Assembly (NCBI RefSeq): GCF_001194135.2
Contig: NC_068981.1
Span: 55,895,153-55,959,152 of the forward strand
Direction of reading: 5' to 3'
Length of the DNA: 64,000 nucleotides
From: Octopus bimaculoides
Taxonomy: Eukaryota
Part shown: positions 1-13,947 of the stretch, piece after piece
Position numbering within the stretch: the stretch's first letter is position 1
Layout: every line of letters begins with the position of its first letter
Made by a program: the position numbers and the translations under genes
The notes under the pieces: generated by a model
The model's database searches: none
The model's input: the letters and a program-made list of their open reading frames with translations, nothing else
What the model was told of the DNA's origin: nothing

Positions 1-4
1 GCCT

Positions 5-177
5 CTGTCTGTCTGCCTGTGTCTGTCTGCATCTATGTATCTATTTATTTCTGTCCATGTCTGTCTATGTCTTTCTGTCCATGTCTGTCTATGTCTGTCT
101 GTCCATGTCTGTCTGTGTCTGTCTGTTCATGTCTGTCTGTGTCTGTCTGTCCATGTCTGTCTGTCTATGTCTGTCTA
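5..177. repeat. Compound (TGTC)n microsatellite with 24-nt higher-order period
   Basis: Unit approx CCATGTCTGTCTATGTCTTTCTGT repeated about 5 times; ORF 19..213 repeats every 8 aa ([16 protein letters not shown]). Confidence 0.9.
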
Positions 178-1399
178 ATGAATTGGCGGGTATGGAAAGA
201 TGAAGCTAAATAGCAGTATTTGTTTTGTTTTGAACAAAACTGCTTTTGAGATCATTTCTGTCTTTCTTGCCATATGAGGTAATTTTCCAATGTAGGCACA
301 TGACCACAACTTTTGGGAGAGAGTTGTTAATGAAATCAATCCCAGTGCTTTACTGTTACTTTAATATAATAATACAGTTTATAAAATAGCATTGTTTCTC
401 TTGACCCCACCTGCTTCTCTTATCAAAATTAAGCTGTCTTATTGGAGTATGGAAAATATATGTAATATATATATTTTAATATGTATTTGTATTATAGAAA
501 ATATATGGGAAAAACATGCAGAGTTTCCATATGTGTATAGTTGTACAAGTGTGACCTATGGACCATTACATTTTACATTTGCCAGCCAAATTAATGTAAA
601 ATAATTTTTAATATTTGACCTTTGCTATATATTCTTCTGTGTTATATATTTCATTATATTTTGTGCTTCATTTTTCTTTTCATTTGCTGTGTAGCTAAAG
701 GTGTTATATAACTGTTGTTGCCTCACTGGCTAGCTAGGTAATTCCCAATTCCTACATGTACAAAGATGTAACTGGGGAAAAAAAATTAATGCAAGATAAC
801 ATTTTGTATGAGTTTAAAACCCCACATTCCAAATTGGAGAATATTATAACTAATGTTTGATAACAACTAAAAATTCTAAAATAAATGAATTCTGTTTTTG
901 TGTACATGTCAAAAGGCAAATTTCATTTGTGTCCATTTGTGTTTGCACAGGATTTTAAACTGTTTTCTCTTTTTGAATCTTCAGTAAATTTTTTTTTTAG
1001 GTTATATGTCTTTTTGTGTGTGTCACTGGAATGATTTCATGTCAGAGAAACTAAGATGGTACTGTAGTGCTCACTAAAATTTAGTGAATTTTTATACTCT
1101 TCCCCATCACATATATATGTGTACAGCATGCATGTGTAGAGATATGTATATGTGTATATCATTGTGTGTGTGTGTGTGTGTACGTACATATAGATATGTA
1201 AATACTGCTAGACATATAGTTACAGATATCTAGAATATATATATGTTTGTGTTTCTTGAACTGTGCTTGACTGCAACAATCTCAAAGGATGATATCAGAT
1301 CTTGTGTATCACACAGTTGGTAAGTTGTAAGGACTAGATCAGCAGCATAATCTGTTTTTCAATGCAGAAAATGATTATGTGGCCAATGAGGATGAAAGT

Positions 1400-1900
1400 C
1401 ATCTGTCACCAATGATGGCACACAACTCAAGTAGGTCAGTGACTTGAAGTACCTTGGGTTGTATGTTGCTGACAATAAAAAAGACTTCCCGGCAAATAAA
1501 AAACGAATCTGGAGTGCCTGTAACAAGTTTCACAACCTTTGGCAATCAAGTATTTCTAAGTCAATAAACTTCTTCAGGATGTGTGTAGATAGCAATCTCC
1601 TTGATGTAGCCAAAACCTGAACTTTGACGAAGATTGCATTGATGGTACGTACATCAGGCTTCTCATGAGAGCTCAAAACATTTCATGATATGAGGATAGA
1701 ACTAAAAAGATTTATGGACACATTCTGCCCATCTCTAACATTGTTGTTCAGCATAAAGTCAGCTTTGCTGGCAACTGCTATCAGGCCATATGAGATGTTA
1801 TATTTAGAGACTTCTGCACTCTGATGTTATTAAGGACTCGTCAAAGGCAAAAGAAGACAGTAAGTCCTAGCATGACATGGTGAAATGTATCTTGGTAGTA
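1400..1900 (+). mobile_element. Decayed non-LTR retrotransposon, RT C-terminal region (RTE/RTEX-like)
   Basis: Manual translation gives DLKYLGLYV...WSACNKFHNLWQS...FFRMCVDSNLL...DGTYIRLLMRAQNIS...IYGHILPISNIV...FAGNCY with stops and frameshifts. This matches the FKYLG / WSACNKL..IW / RLDG.Y.R.LR..LNISW / RFAGHC motifs of LINE RT C-termini. Confidence 0.75.
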
Positions 1901-2215
1901 GTCACCAGAAGAAGTTACTTGAAAGATTGCCTCTGGATAGCGATGAAGTGAATCACTAGCCTTGAGCAAATACTCCACAACTTTTATTGAGTACTCTTTT
2001 ATTTTTAAAATTAAAATTATGTGTGTGTATAGAATAGAAAGAGGTTGCTCTTTTACAGGGATGTATTTTATCCAAGCGTACACCGATTTAGCTCCATATT
2101 GATTAATATACTTGGAATTCATTAATTTGTGTTAGTATTAATGTTAACACTTTTGAAGTTCCAGCAGTTGTTACAGAAGTTTTCATCTATTCGATATAGA
2201 ACAGTATTTTAATGA

Positions 2216-2630
2216 TATAATGTAAAGAAAATGGAGAGTTTAAACACAGAAAAAAAATCAATTTATTTATGTAATAGTCAATTTCATATCACCTACGTAC
2301 GTTTCAATTGCTTACCTTCATTCATATTTTGCAATTAAAATTGTATTATGCATTTAAAAGGTAAAAATCTCATCAGGGCAAAATTTGACAAAACTTCATC
2401 CCCATCCTAATGGGTGGAGAGTTGCAGTTCTCTATCCATTATGATAGGGATGAATTTTTGTCAATTTTTGCCCTGAGACTTTTACCTTTTAAATGCATAA
2501 TGCAATCTTAATTGTAAAATATAATTGAAGGTAAGAAATTGAAGCATATGTAAGCAATATGAAATTGGCTATGACACACATAAATTGAAGTTTTTTCCGT
2601 GTTCAAACTCTCCATTTTCCTTATATTATA
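2216..2630. mobile_element. Spacer-less foldback (hairpin) MITE-like element, about 415 bp
   Basis: Left arm (TATAATGTAAAGAAAATGGAGAGTTTAAACAC...) is the imperfect reverse complement of the right arm (...GTGTTCAAACTCTCCATTTTCCTTATATTATA) all the way to the centre at about 2424/2425 (TG|CA). Ends are TA-rich. Confidence 0.85.
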
Positions 2631-5600
2631 TATATGTTAGTATTAAAAAGTGGTAGAGAAAAGTACTTGAAACCATTGTAGAGCATAATAATTTATTTTG
2701 GTTGATCCAATTTTCTCTTATTCTGAAGTTTACTTGATGTCTGACCAGTTCATTAGACAGAATAAACTTGATGAGAAAGAATGACTATTTCATGTAACAG
2801 TAAATGGTTGGGAGCATATGAATGGATGGCTAGTAGATAGGAACATGTGATTAGTTGACAATTTTAAATTCAATTACTTTTGCCAAATCTATTTTTTTTT
2901 GTTCATCAAATTCTTTTATTTCAAAATGAAATCATTTTCTGTTCCAACATTTGCTGTCTATATCCATTTTTGTAATCAAATATATTAAAGCTTATGTGTA
3001 ACTGGTAATGACAACACAATCTTAGAAAAGCGTTTTTAGTGATATTTTTCAACCTAAATAAGAAAATCCATGAGGGTGTAAGTAAACTAAAAGTTATATT
3101 TTACACATCCTTCTATTAAAATCAGTCCATTCAAATACTGCCAAATTGGTTGGCAGTGTGTTTCAAAATATTCTGCTTGCTCTACCAATTTTCTGCTGAA
3201 AAAAAAATCTCATTAATATAATTATTCTAACTGTGTTTATATTATTTGCATCCTGTTTCTTGTACTGTCTTTCACTCACTGCTTCTCAACATTTTTCTAC
3301 TAAGGATCCGTGTTCATCTTTTTTCTTTTTTTGAGAGAGAACTGTTTGCCATATAACAATGGGTTATGGGAATCTGTTTGTCTTATTATTAACTTAGAAA
3401 TGTATGAATTGAAATTTCCTAAATATTTTGAACTATGTTACTACTTGCTTTTCAAATACACCATTTTGAAAGTTTTATATCAAATTATTATTTATGCAAA
3501 AGTAAATAGATGAGCAGATGTTGTCATTTCCTGTTAATTAGTTCACTAGAGTATTATGGTAGTGAATTACTATTATTAGTATAATTAAGTCATCATTAGC
3601 TTCAGTAAGATCGGGAAGGAATTTTATTAACCTTGCTTACCATATCTGCATGGTACATATGTCTGTTTTCCATTTTATTTGTTGTACATGGATTTCAGAA
3701 AAGCATGTTCTAGAGAAGGATAGAATTCATCAGAAGTATTTCTCTTATACCTTTTATGGGTTGTGCTATTGAGGAAGTATAATTGTAGAATGTGTGGTTC
3801 TCACATCAGATTTTATGGGTGAAAGAAATAGTAAAGTAGACTAGTAGAAGACTTGGATTTCAAGCAAATTGTCATGTAAATCGTCTAGTTGTCTATGGAC
3901 TCTGAGCAAATCATTATGTTATCTATTGACATTAATAGAGTAAGTGAAAGAAACCTAGCTGATTATTAGTGAGATTCTTCAGTATCATGCAGAAATACTG
4001 ATATTTGCAAAACAAAAGTTTGGCCAAGTGTCAATAACTATAGTTCATTTGTGGAAAGTCTGGAATTGTTTTGATCTTTGTTGGTAATTATTACAATTTA
4101 CTCTAAATATAAAATGTCTTGATTGCTGTTCACCTTTATATAGGTATGCTCAACAAAGGTAGGATACTCTAAGATAGTCAACAATAATTTTGCCTCTAAT
4201 TATAGTAATGGATGAAACAAAACAATAGTTTGGGATTACAGTATATTAGGGATGGATTGCTTTGATTTGTGATTGTAATTTAGTTTTTTGCTCAACATAC
4301 TTCCAACAGAATGGAAATGATGACTAAAAGAGTTCAGTGATACATTTTATATTTAGTTTGCTTATTACTTTAAACAGACTTAGTTGCTTCACTAATGCAG
4401 TGAAGTAATAAATATGGTGAGATAAAGTTACTGGCACGAACACAGCAAGTAAGGAAGAAGAAATTAGAAAATAATTTTTTGAAAAAACTGACTTAATCCG
4501 ATGGAAATATTTTATAAATGGACATTTAGCTTTTTTTTTTTTAAACTAGAAAATTGGGAAGTTTTATTTGTTTCTTAAGGTGGTGTATAAATATTTGTCA
4601 TAGGAAAATGTTTTTCAAATTTTCAGATATTTTAATGAGAGCCCCAAAATATTAATTTTTGTGGGAATATATTAGCAGAATAATGAAGAAGTAAAATAAA
4701 GAAAGCTGTTTAAATTACAATAAATCATATTTTGTAATTTATTTGGTTGCAACTTAAAATAGGTGAGCTTCTTCTGTGTAGTCTCTTGATCTACTAGGAA
4801 TAACAGCTAAATTTCCTTCAGTGTAGTCATATATGTGTGTTTACCAAACTAGTATACATACACACAAAGACAGGCTGGTCAATGCTTGAATGCCTCGATT
4901 GTATGCTGCTCAATCAGTGTTGACCTGGGACTAAACAACAACAACAACCTGTTTCATCTTGGATAAGTGGTGGGGGAATGAATGAAATTAGTGAAGTTAA
5001 TATTGATCAATTGAAGTTAAATATGTACATCAAATGGTGTTGTCTTCTAGACAACTAAATTTGTTTTCTTTAGTATTTAAGGTCAGTATTGAAGATATAA
5101 AAAAAAATTCTTTGTAGTTATAAGAAGTTGAATGTAAATAAATGGATTTTTTAAAAAATGTATTTACTTCTAGTTTAAGTAAATATCCTTTACAAATATT
5201 TAAATATATGCAATTAGATGTTTTCATTGAAGAAGAGGAACTAATTTTATTTGGAAGGATTATTTGTAAATGAGTCTATGTTCACATGATTTTGAAATAG
5301 AAGCCATAATGATAATACTTTGTTTATATTATTTGTAATGAATATGTGGAATGTTGTTTATTGATTTTGTAGCCAAGATTTTTGTTTATTTGTTCATTGA
5401 CAGCTTGTGAGATGAGGCTGGTGGAATGGTCGCCAAATCATTTCATCTAACCTAAGAGTAGAATAACTTACCGCGAGGAGTAAATCCACAATTAGAGATA
5501 AAAAAAATACATACAAAGAAAAATTATTAAGCAAGGAAAATGGACAATAATCATCAAAGTATATCTAAATTTATTTGCCACGTCAAGTCATGAAGGGGAG

Positions 5601-7559
5601 TTAAGTTTATCTTTTCAGAAACACAGTTGGAAAATAAATCACTTCATTGTATAGAACGCTGCTCTATTATGGGTAACTTTCTGGGAAATTCTGGTACTTA
5701 TATACATATATCTTGGAGCTGAAGAAAATAGCATTATCTTGGTCATGAACTGATGAAATATTTGGTGTCCAATACCTAATCTAACTTATCGTCTGACTCA
5801 TTCATATTTTTTAATAATTCAGTTATACTTTGTGAAATAAGTGTAAAATTCAATAAAATTTAAATGAAAAAAAGCAATTCTCCTTTCATAACATTTAGGC
5901 ATGATACTACTTGTGGTTCATCTGAACTAGATGACATTCTACAGCAAGCTAATATTTTCAAATAAGGATTGATAAATTGATAAACACTTGAGTGACTTGA
6001 GCAGAGCCATAAAACACAGTTACAAGACACTAATCTCTATCTCAAGTTAAAGTGTGATATCATATCTGCTTGCTCATTTAACGTTCACAATGGTAAATCG
6101 CTACCTAATTACTTGAGTTGTGAGCAATAGCAGCCAAATCTCCCTCAAATCACACCCTGCCATCTTGAAAATGGAAGATCACATTGGATAATATAGTTCT
6201 GGATGAACTCTTTCTTAAAAATGATGGGCCCAAAATTGGATACCTTTTTGTCATAGATCTGCTCAGTCATGATTGGCCTGGGGCTATAAACAACAATCTT
6301 TACAAAAACTTAGTTTCTGGTTGTGATTTCATTAACTTCATATGTATTTGATCATCCAACTACCTCATTGACCTTATTTCTTGTTAATTATAATCAAGAG
6401 ATCTACTATAAATAGAAAAACAAAACGATGTAGTTAGTACAGAAATAGAAATGTTAGGATATTGGTGATTGAATTTATGTTGTGTACAAGAAATAAAGTA
6501 GAAATGTACATTAATCAGAGAAAGAACATGAACAAAACTTCATTTAGGTCCACTAATACTTAGTTTTGTAGGATTACTCTTGATCACCAATTTCTATAAA
6601 TGATAGGCTGTTGATTGAAAATACAAAAGCCTCTCTAATTTCTAAATACATTCTATAAAACGTTATTTACAAATAGTACCATTTCTATGATGCACATAGG
6701 AAAACTATGCTAAGGCTGGATGATAAGGCAAGTTTATGGAATGTGAATAAATTTTTCATTCATACTTAATTAGGATCTCACGTCTGTCCAGTTGGCTGGT
6801 TTTTTAAAAATTTATGTTTCTCTTTTACTGCTTACAATATAGTACAGCTATGAATAAATTACAAATCCTAGTAAGGATTGTGCCTTCAACGAAAATTAGT
6901 AGCTTTAGGCAGAAAATAATGAAGATATGGAGAGCTACAGGTAGGGAAAAACTGATGGAACTTGAAATGTGTAAATGCCAAAGTTTTACACAGTAAGAAA
7001 CTAAGATAGGACCACATATTTATTACTAGCCTTAAGGCAATGATGAAAGCCTTTATATGCTTGCTCAACCTGCTCAGAATAATTGCAAAACTCTCTCATA
7101 ACATAATTTGTTGTCTTAAGAAAAGAGAGAGAATATATTATTTGGAAATATTTTTACAAAATTATCGAAAAAAAAAAAGGAAACCTGTTTAAATTACAAC
7201 AAACTGATTTTAAAGTTTTCCTTTATTTTAAGGTTGTTGTTGCATCTGTAATGAGTATGCCTCTAGATAGTAGTTGGACCTGCAAGGAGTAGCAACTATC
7301 CATTAAATGTAATTTTGAACATTTGATATCGAATTATTGTTTATGTCAAGGCAAGCAGATGGTGCCTTTCCTATTATTGGTTGACTAGTATACTACAGTA
7401 GTAAATTACTATTATTAGTGTTATTAAGTTATCAGCTTTCGTATTAGCTATGTTGGATAATATAGTCCTAGATATACTATGTCTAAAAAAAAAAAATAAT
7501 TAGATGATCTGTGAAATCAAGGTTAACTTGAGACTAAATAAGCTATAAGGAACCATAAC

Positions 7560-8000
7560 CCTAGTAATACAGCCTATAAATATTAGTAGAATAGTGTGGT
7601 ATAAACAATTAGAAAAGATAAGTGACAGGAACAGGATTATAAGAATGTGGCTGTAAGGAATTTTACCAAGAAGCTGTGTTTTTTTGTATCCATTAGTTTA
7701 TATTGGTGCTTTGTTGTCCAAGGTGTAATGAGATGAGGCAGGTATCCAGTGATTGAAGTGGTGGGAGTTGTTTATAATATTACCTATATGTAACTGGAAG
7801 TTTCATTTGAGCTTATCCTTTGTTGTATTATTCTTGTTATATCAATTCAATGTTGTCTTGGCTTAATGTTGTATCTTGAACTCTTTAATTTTGAACAACC
7901 TTAACATTGACTTTTCATGATTAAAGTTGTCTTTTAATAGGTGATTAGAACTAATAACTTTAAGGCTAAGGAATGAGAATTGCACTGTATATGTTCCCCT
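7560..8000 (-). mobile_element. Possible very old Penelope-like GIY-YIG remnant
   Basis: Minus-strand fragments YIGNIINNSHHFNH and SYNP...SCHL resemble the YIG.T...YNNH.SF and PY....CHLC motifs; heavily degraded. Confidence 0.25.
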
Positions 8001-8949
8001 CTTTGGAACATATATGGAAATGGATATAATGCTGCAAGAATATCTTTTATTGGATACTGATTTTGATCAAAGGAAAAAGTTCTATTTTTATCAGAAATTT
8101 AAATATTATGAGCATTTTTCTGAATGCAATCTTCATAGAATTATTATTCCATAAGAATGAAATAATGAAAGGTGTTTTGGAAGTTGGCTTGTTTTCAGCA
8201 CTGTAAAGAACGTATTTTGTTGCTTGCTACACTCTTTGTTGACTAATGTTTTGGGTGGTTGTCAATTTCAATATGATTCAATGGAGTGAGATTCTACACT
8301 AAAGTGAAAATATCTTTTTGTTGATTCCTTACACAAATGACAAAGTTTGGAACATTTATGGTTAGTGTTCTTTATCTAATATCAAAGGATCTTTACTTTT
8401 GAATTGAAGTTGTCATCATCATCATCATTTAATGTCTGTTATCCATGCTGGCATGTGTTGGAAGGTTTGACAGGGTCCAATGAGCCAGTAGTGAAATTGT
8501 GATGTTTTTCATATCTTTATTTGAAGTTTATCTTATATCAAATTTTACCGGTTTCAGTCATAAGACATGGGACAACACTATCAATTATTCTGGCCCTAGT
8601 ACTTAGCCAGCTAATCATTTTATCAAACTCATCAAAATGGCTGAGGTCAGCTATTGAATTACTTTCCTTGATTGAGTTACCTCCCTTTAGGGAGTTGAAA
8701 AAATTTACACTGGTTCACATGTATGCATGCATAATCAAGAAGATTGATGATAAAAAACTTCAAGCAATATTTTTGTTTTCTTAGGAATGGTGTTCTTTAG
8801 TGTATATTATCCAATGTATCTTTATTTTTTTCAAGAAAGTAATATATGTTTTGAGGGAGATTTGGCTGTAATTTTTAGCAGTTTGAGTAATCACATAGAG
8901 GTGCCTTTGTTGGCTTGTGTGTGTGTGTGTGTTGTATAGGTTACTTTTG

Positions 8950-9560
8950 AGTACCTGGCAGCTCCTCAAAAACTTGGATCCATGCGGTTGATGTTAAGTT
9001 TGTAAGTTGAAGTATGCAAGAAAACATGGAGCAGAGGGAGTTTCCAGAGGGTTGATGTTCTATGAAGTAAGGATTGGACATAGTAGCTATTGCAGAGTGT
9101 GAGTGATGAGATACTGTTAATGAAAAGAGGCAAAATAAATGTGTTGAGTTGGTCAAGTAGTTGAAAGTAGGAGAAACCATTGTGGTAGTGATAGAATAGA
9201 GAGTGGAGAAAGCAAGTATTTGAGCCATGGATCTTAGTGTGTTGATTAGTGAATCTTTGCCAAGAAAAAGTTGGTGCTTTAAAATAAAGATGAAAACTTC
9301 AGATGCGGAAGCTCTCCTCAGTAAAGAGCAAAAGATATGTTCAATCAACTGGTGGTGTTTGTAGAAGTTTAGAGATTAGGAAAGACAGCAGATGAATTTA
9401 GAGTAATGAGGAAGGGTGTTTATGAGACAATATATTTAGAAGTCTTTGTTATTGATATCCAGTTAAGAGAGGTGAATTGTAAGTGAGTCAATAGTATAAT
9501 TGTGCAAACACCACTCGCTGAGCAAAGTTTGAGTTGTCAAAAGTATCTGTATCTTGGTGA
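8950..9560 (-). mobile_element. Possible LINE AP-endonuclease remnant
   Basis: ORF 8941..9348(-) contains FLGKDSLINTLRSM...MVSPTF, and upstream GVCTII. These loosely resemble the GGGVAIY / GDFN / Q.V..PT motifs of CR1/L2-type endonucleases. Confidence 0.3.
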
Positions 9561-9639
9561 GAGAGCATGTGTCAGCTGCATGTTAATTGGTGATGAGTGA
9601 GGTCCAGGTTGAACTAAAAGTATGGATGCTGATCATTGT

Positions 9640-10020
9640 CATCATCATCATTGTCGTTTGACATCTGCTTTCCATGCTGGCATGGGTTGGACATTTTGAC
9701 TGAGGACTGGCAAACCAGGAGGCTGCACCAGGCTCCAATCTGATTTGGCAAGATTTCTACTGCTGGCTGCCCTTCCTAACACCAACCACTCCAAGAGTGT
9801 AGTGGGTGCTTTTTACGTGCCAATGGCATGAGAGCCAGTCAGGTGGCACTGGCATTGATCATGCTTGAATGGTGCTTTGTACGTGTCACCGACATGGTAG
9901 TAAGTCAGGTGACACTGGCATTGGCCACACTCGAATGGTGCTTTTTACGTGCCACTGGCATGGGTACCAGTCAGTTGGCACTGACATTGGCCACGGCTAT
10001 GATTTCACTTGGTTCAACAT
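9640..10020 (-). mobile_element. 5'-truncated RTE 3'UTR copy (CAT/GAT-tailed family)
   Basis: Plus strand shows CATCATCAT...CGTTTGACATCTGCTTTCCATGCTGGCATGGGTTGGAC followed by three TTTTACGTGCCA-type modules; homologous to 60652-61400. Confidence 0.85.
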
Positions 10021-11084
10021 TGATATCTAAGAAAATTACCCAGTAGATTTATCAGTTATTTCTTTCTTGTTTCATATTTCATAATAACCATGTAGCACAT
10101 GCGTTGCTAGAGGGAAAAGATTAGACATGACTCAGGAGTTATTGCTAACTGTTATTCCAATCTCTGCAAAAGTAGTTCAACTGGATGTCAGTGGTTGTAG
10201 GTGAGCCCCTTAAAATCCTGACGTACTAATTGCAAGTGAAGAGAACAGGTAACAAGATTTTATGCCAGCTGATAAGGAACACTTACCAAAGTGTTACTTG
10301 TAGAACAGGCCCCTATAATATCTGGTACCTGGCTTCTACTAGAAGACCTTTTTCTCATGTACTCTCTCACAGACAACTGTTCTGTGCAAGAGTAAGTGTA
10401 GGAAGAAGTGTCTCGTTTGGATATCCTAAGAACTTGGTCTGAATGTTTGCAATAGAGTGGATTCTGCTAGTCTCCTAAGAATCAGCTGGGACTGGGTAAC
10501 AAATTAGAATTAGGTTTATCATGCTAAAAGAGGGAGAAAAAAATCTGAGCCATAGGATTTTATTGTGGCATCAGCACTAGAATTGTTTTTTTTTTTTTTA
10601 ATTCTCTGCGCTGAACTGGTCTTTAACCTCTGTTGGTTTTCATTCACTGCAGGTATGCAAGTCACATAACTCTTGAGGTACTCTACTTGTATTTGGAAAA
10701 TAACACAGAGCGAGAGAGAGAGAGGTGGGAAATTAAAAACTGGAGAAAAGAGGAGTGAGTGGATTGAGCAAGTGGAGCAATGATAAAAGTATAAAAATAG
10801 AATAAATGGTAAGTGGGATGAGAGTTGGACAGCTGTACTGATATCTTCTCTTACAACTACCTATAAGAGAGGGTGTGAAACAGTGGGAGATAGAAAACTC
10901 TAACATAGGCAGACTGAATTAGGAATAGGGTGATACTTTGGGAATGTGGCTGAAGGCCTGTGAATGGTAGTGAATTTGTAGGTGGGGGTGTGTAGGATAG
11001 GAGAGGCTGAGATAGTTAATATAAACAAGATAATTGAATGCTGCATGTATTTTTGAGTAGTGTGTGTGTGTGTATACACACATT

Positions 11085-11390
11085 AAAGTGCATAGCCTTG
11101 TGGTTAGGATATTGTACTCATGATTGCAAGATTCTAGTTTCAATTCCTGGACTGGGTATTGCATTGTATTCTTGAACAAAATACTTCATTTCATGTTGCT
11201 TTGCAATCACTAACATCTGACCAGTAGCACAAACTGTACCTGTTCAGGCAATGTTTATTTATGATGAAGGGAGTGGGCTAATGTAGAACACAAACATTTG
11301 ATCACTATGAAACAAATCATGTGTGCAGTTGTTCAGCAACAAATTGTGGAGCCCTCATCTGTAATGTATGACTGGTGAATCCACTATATA
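11085..11390 (+). mobile_element. tRNA-derived SINE (degenerate)
   Basis: A-box-like TAGCCTTGTGG and B-box-like GTTTCAATTCC followed by SINE body. Confidence 0.55.
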
Positions 11391-11880
11391 TCATCATCAT
11401 TATCATCATTGTTTAACATCCATTTTCCATGCTGATATAGGTTGGACGGTTTGAAAGGAGCCTCACCAGCTGAAGAGGCTGTTCAGGCTCCATGTCTGTT
11501 TTGGCATGTTTCTACAGCTGGCTGCCTGTCCTAACACCAACCACTTTACAGTGTCCTGGGTGCTTTTACACAGTACTGACATGGGTGGTTTTTTATGTGG
11601 CACCAGCACCTATGAGCCTGTAAGATTAGGAATTCTCAGCTAGAGAGGGTTGCGGGGGATGATCCTGTATGCAAGGACAACCACTCTTTAGCTTGACATG
11701 TCCTTTCAAGCACAGCAAACCACCAGGAGTATTGGTTCTCTGTCATCCCCTTTGTGAGTCCCAATGTCTGTAAATTCTTTCTCATCACTTCATCCCGTGT
11801 CTTCCTGGGTCTACTCCTCCTTCCATATGTTCCCTCTGCAATTAGAGATTGGCACCTCTTGATGCAACTGTCTCCATTAT
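11389..11880 (-). mobile_element. RTE LINE 3' end (RT C-terminus, 3'UTR, GAT tail)
   Basis: ORF 11636..11923(-) encodes GDSCIKRC...EGTYGRRSRPRKTRDEVMRKNLQTLGLTKGMT...WWFAVLERTCQAK, a typical RTE C-terminus, and runs into the shared UTR and GATGAT tail. Confidence 0.85.
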
Positions 11881-11913
11881 TTGTGTGTGTATGTATATAT
11901 ATATATATGTGTG

Positions 11914-13583
11914 TCTTATACATAATAAGACGGAAGATGAGTGTGTGTATAGGCCTTTTCCTTGATCCCCCTTAAAATCAATATTTTTCATCTGATTTCG
12001 TTCACACTAGGAACATACATTACTCATGTTTCAGAGATGGTCATAGACTCTTCAAATTTTTCACATACTGAGTAATACTGCCTCTAGGGGATGAAAACAC
12101 CTTCTCATAGGTAAATAACAAATACTGACGATTGTTGCTTCAAGGGGCATTACTCTTTATGACATAGTTATGCTACTTTCACTTCGTCTTCTACTACAGT
12201 TTTTACAATGTCCATTCACTGCAAACTGCCGATATTTGCACATTAGCACTTACCTCAGGTAGCCATGCAATTTAAATCAACTTTTAATTATTTTTTAAAT
12301 GCCTTCAGAAATTAAACCATATTATATATATTCTTTGTTTTTACTCATACAAAGTTGTGACATTTATGCAGTTTTTACAATGCCCATTCATTACAAACTG
12401 CTGATATTTGCATGTTAGCACATGGCTGTTCTTGCACCTACAAATGCAGCTATCACTACTCTTAACTACCTTCTCAAGAACATTGTTACAGTTTAGTTGA
12501 CATTGTTACCAATCTCGATCAGGTTATACACTTTCCTACAGAATTTCTCAACTCCCAACATCCTCCAGGACTCCCTCCCCATGAACTCCACTTAAAAGTC
12601 GGTTGCCCAATCAAAATGCACCTACACTATGCAATGGAACTCACCTTGTGGTCAGACAAATGATGGACCACATTATTGAAGCCCAAATTATCACGGAACA
12701 TGGCAAAAACAATACAGTTTTTATACTGAAAATTCCACTAACCTCAACAAACTGTCACTACTGTATGCAGAGACTTCAGTTCCCACTCAAACTCAGCTTC
12801 ACCATGTCAATTAACAAAGCAAAAAGTTAATCACTAAAAGTTGTCAGATTGGACCTTTGAATGTCATGCTTTTCACATGGACAGCTATGTTAGTTATTCC
12901 AGAGTTGGCTGTCCAGACAACTTATTCATCTATGGTCCTGAAGGAAAAACCAAAAATGTTGTTTACAAAGCAACCCTACAGTAGTTATTCTTCTACTGCA
13001 ATCTTCACATCTATGCCAAACTGTAGCTGTTAGCAATCAGACTTCCTAAAAGCATTTCATTGATATTTTGCTTCATTTCAGTGATTGCTGTTAACAGGTA
13101 CATTACCTTCAGTGACCCTTCTTATTTCACACACGCTGTTCACTCATAAGCATGCTCTGACATTTATTTTTGTACATGCCATTATTCTATTTGTGTGTTT
13201 GCTATAAATATTTGCTTTGGTTTATCATACATGACTTTCATTGAAAAAAACATCAATGCAATTGTGTCAGGCATTACGAGTAAAATTACATATTACAAAA
13301 CGCTTCAGGTAAGATATAGGATCCCTAATGCTTACTGCAATTTCAACCTCATTTCTTGGACTTTCATTTATTACTAACTGTCAAATTCATGTTCAAAAAA
13401 CTTTATTCACTACCTAGGTTGCTTATTACCATATAATAAACTGCTAATGAACCTGGTAATTATACACTTAACGTTTATCAACTTGAACCCACTTCTAACT
13501 GCAGACTAATTCAACTTAAACCATCCAAAGGAGTGTGCTATTATAATAAATTACTCTGTCCAAAGGACGGGTGCGTTTGCTAG
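11914..13583 (+). mobile_element. Internally deleted Helitron with both termini
   Basis: 5' TCTTATACATAATAAG... at 11914. 3' hairpin TCTGTCC-AAA-GGACGGG (13555-13571) then CTAG at 13580-13583 followed by T. Contains a PIF1-like helicase remnant and a 53-bp internal direct repeat (12197-12249 / 12369-12421). Confidence 0.8.
12532..12984 (+). pseudogene. Helitron RepHel helicase C-terminal remnant (PIF1 family)
   Basis: FPTEFLNSQHPPGLPPHELHLKVGCPI..., LCNGTHLVV...IIEAQII..., RLQFPLKLSFTMSINK, FSHGQL...SRVG...GPEGKTKNVVYKATLQ*; frameshifted and with stops. Confidence 0.92.
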
Positions 13584-13589
13584 TAATAT

Positions 13590-13732
13590 GTATGTATGTA
13601 TGTATGTGTGTGTGTGTGTGTGTGTGTATGTATTTATATAAGTATTCATATATGTATGTATGTATGTATGTATTTATATATGTATGTATTTATGTATGTA
13701 TGTATTTATATATGTATGTATTTATATATGTA

Positions 13733-13800
<68 letters not shown>
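13590..13800. repeat. (ATGT)n/(GT)n/(AT)n compound microsatellite
   Basis: Direct sequence. Confidence 0.95.
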
Positions 13801-13801
<1 letters not shown>

Positions 13802-13947
13802 TAATATAAATATATGTTGGAGGGGAACAGGGTAAACAACCTCCATCAACTTGCTATAAAAGCAGGTAGTAATTTTACCTTGTCCTTATTCTTAGTGCAA
13901 GTTATGAAGAGTGCAGTTCGATTTTAAGTTATTTTTTCAAAGCTATA

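Noticed and set aside
5404-5450. Possible terminal coding exon CEMRLVEWSPNHFI*
   Set aside because: The acceptor is plausible but there is no recognisable homology or supported upstream partner exon.
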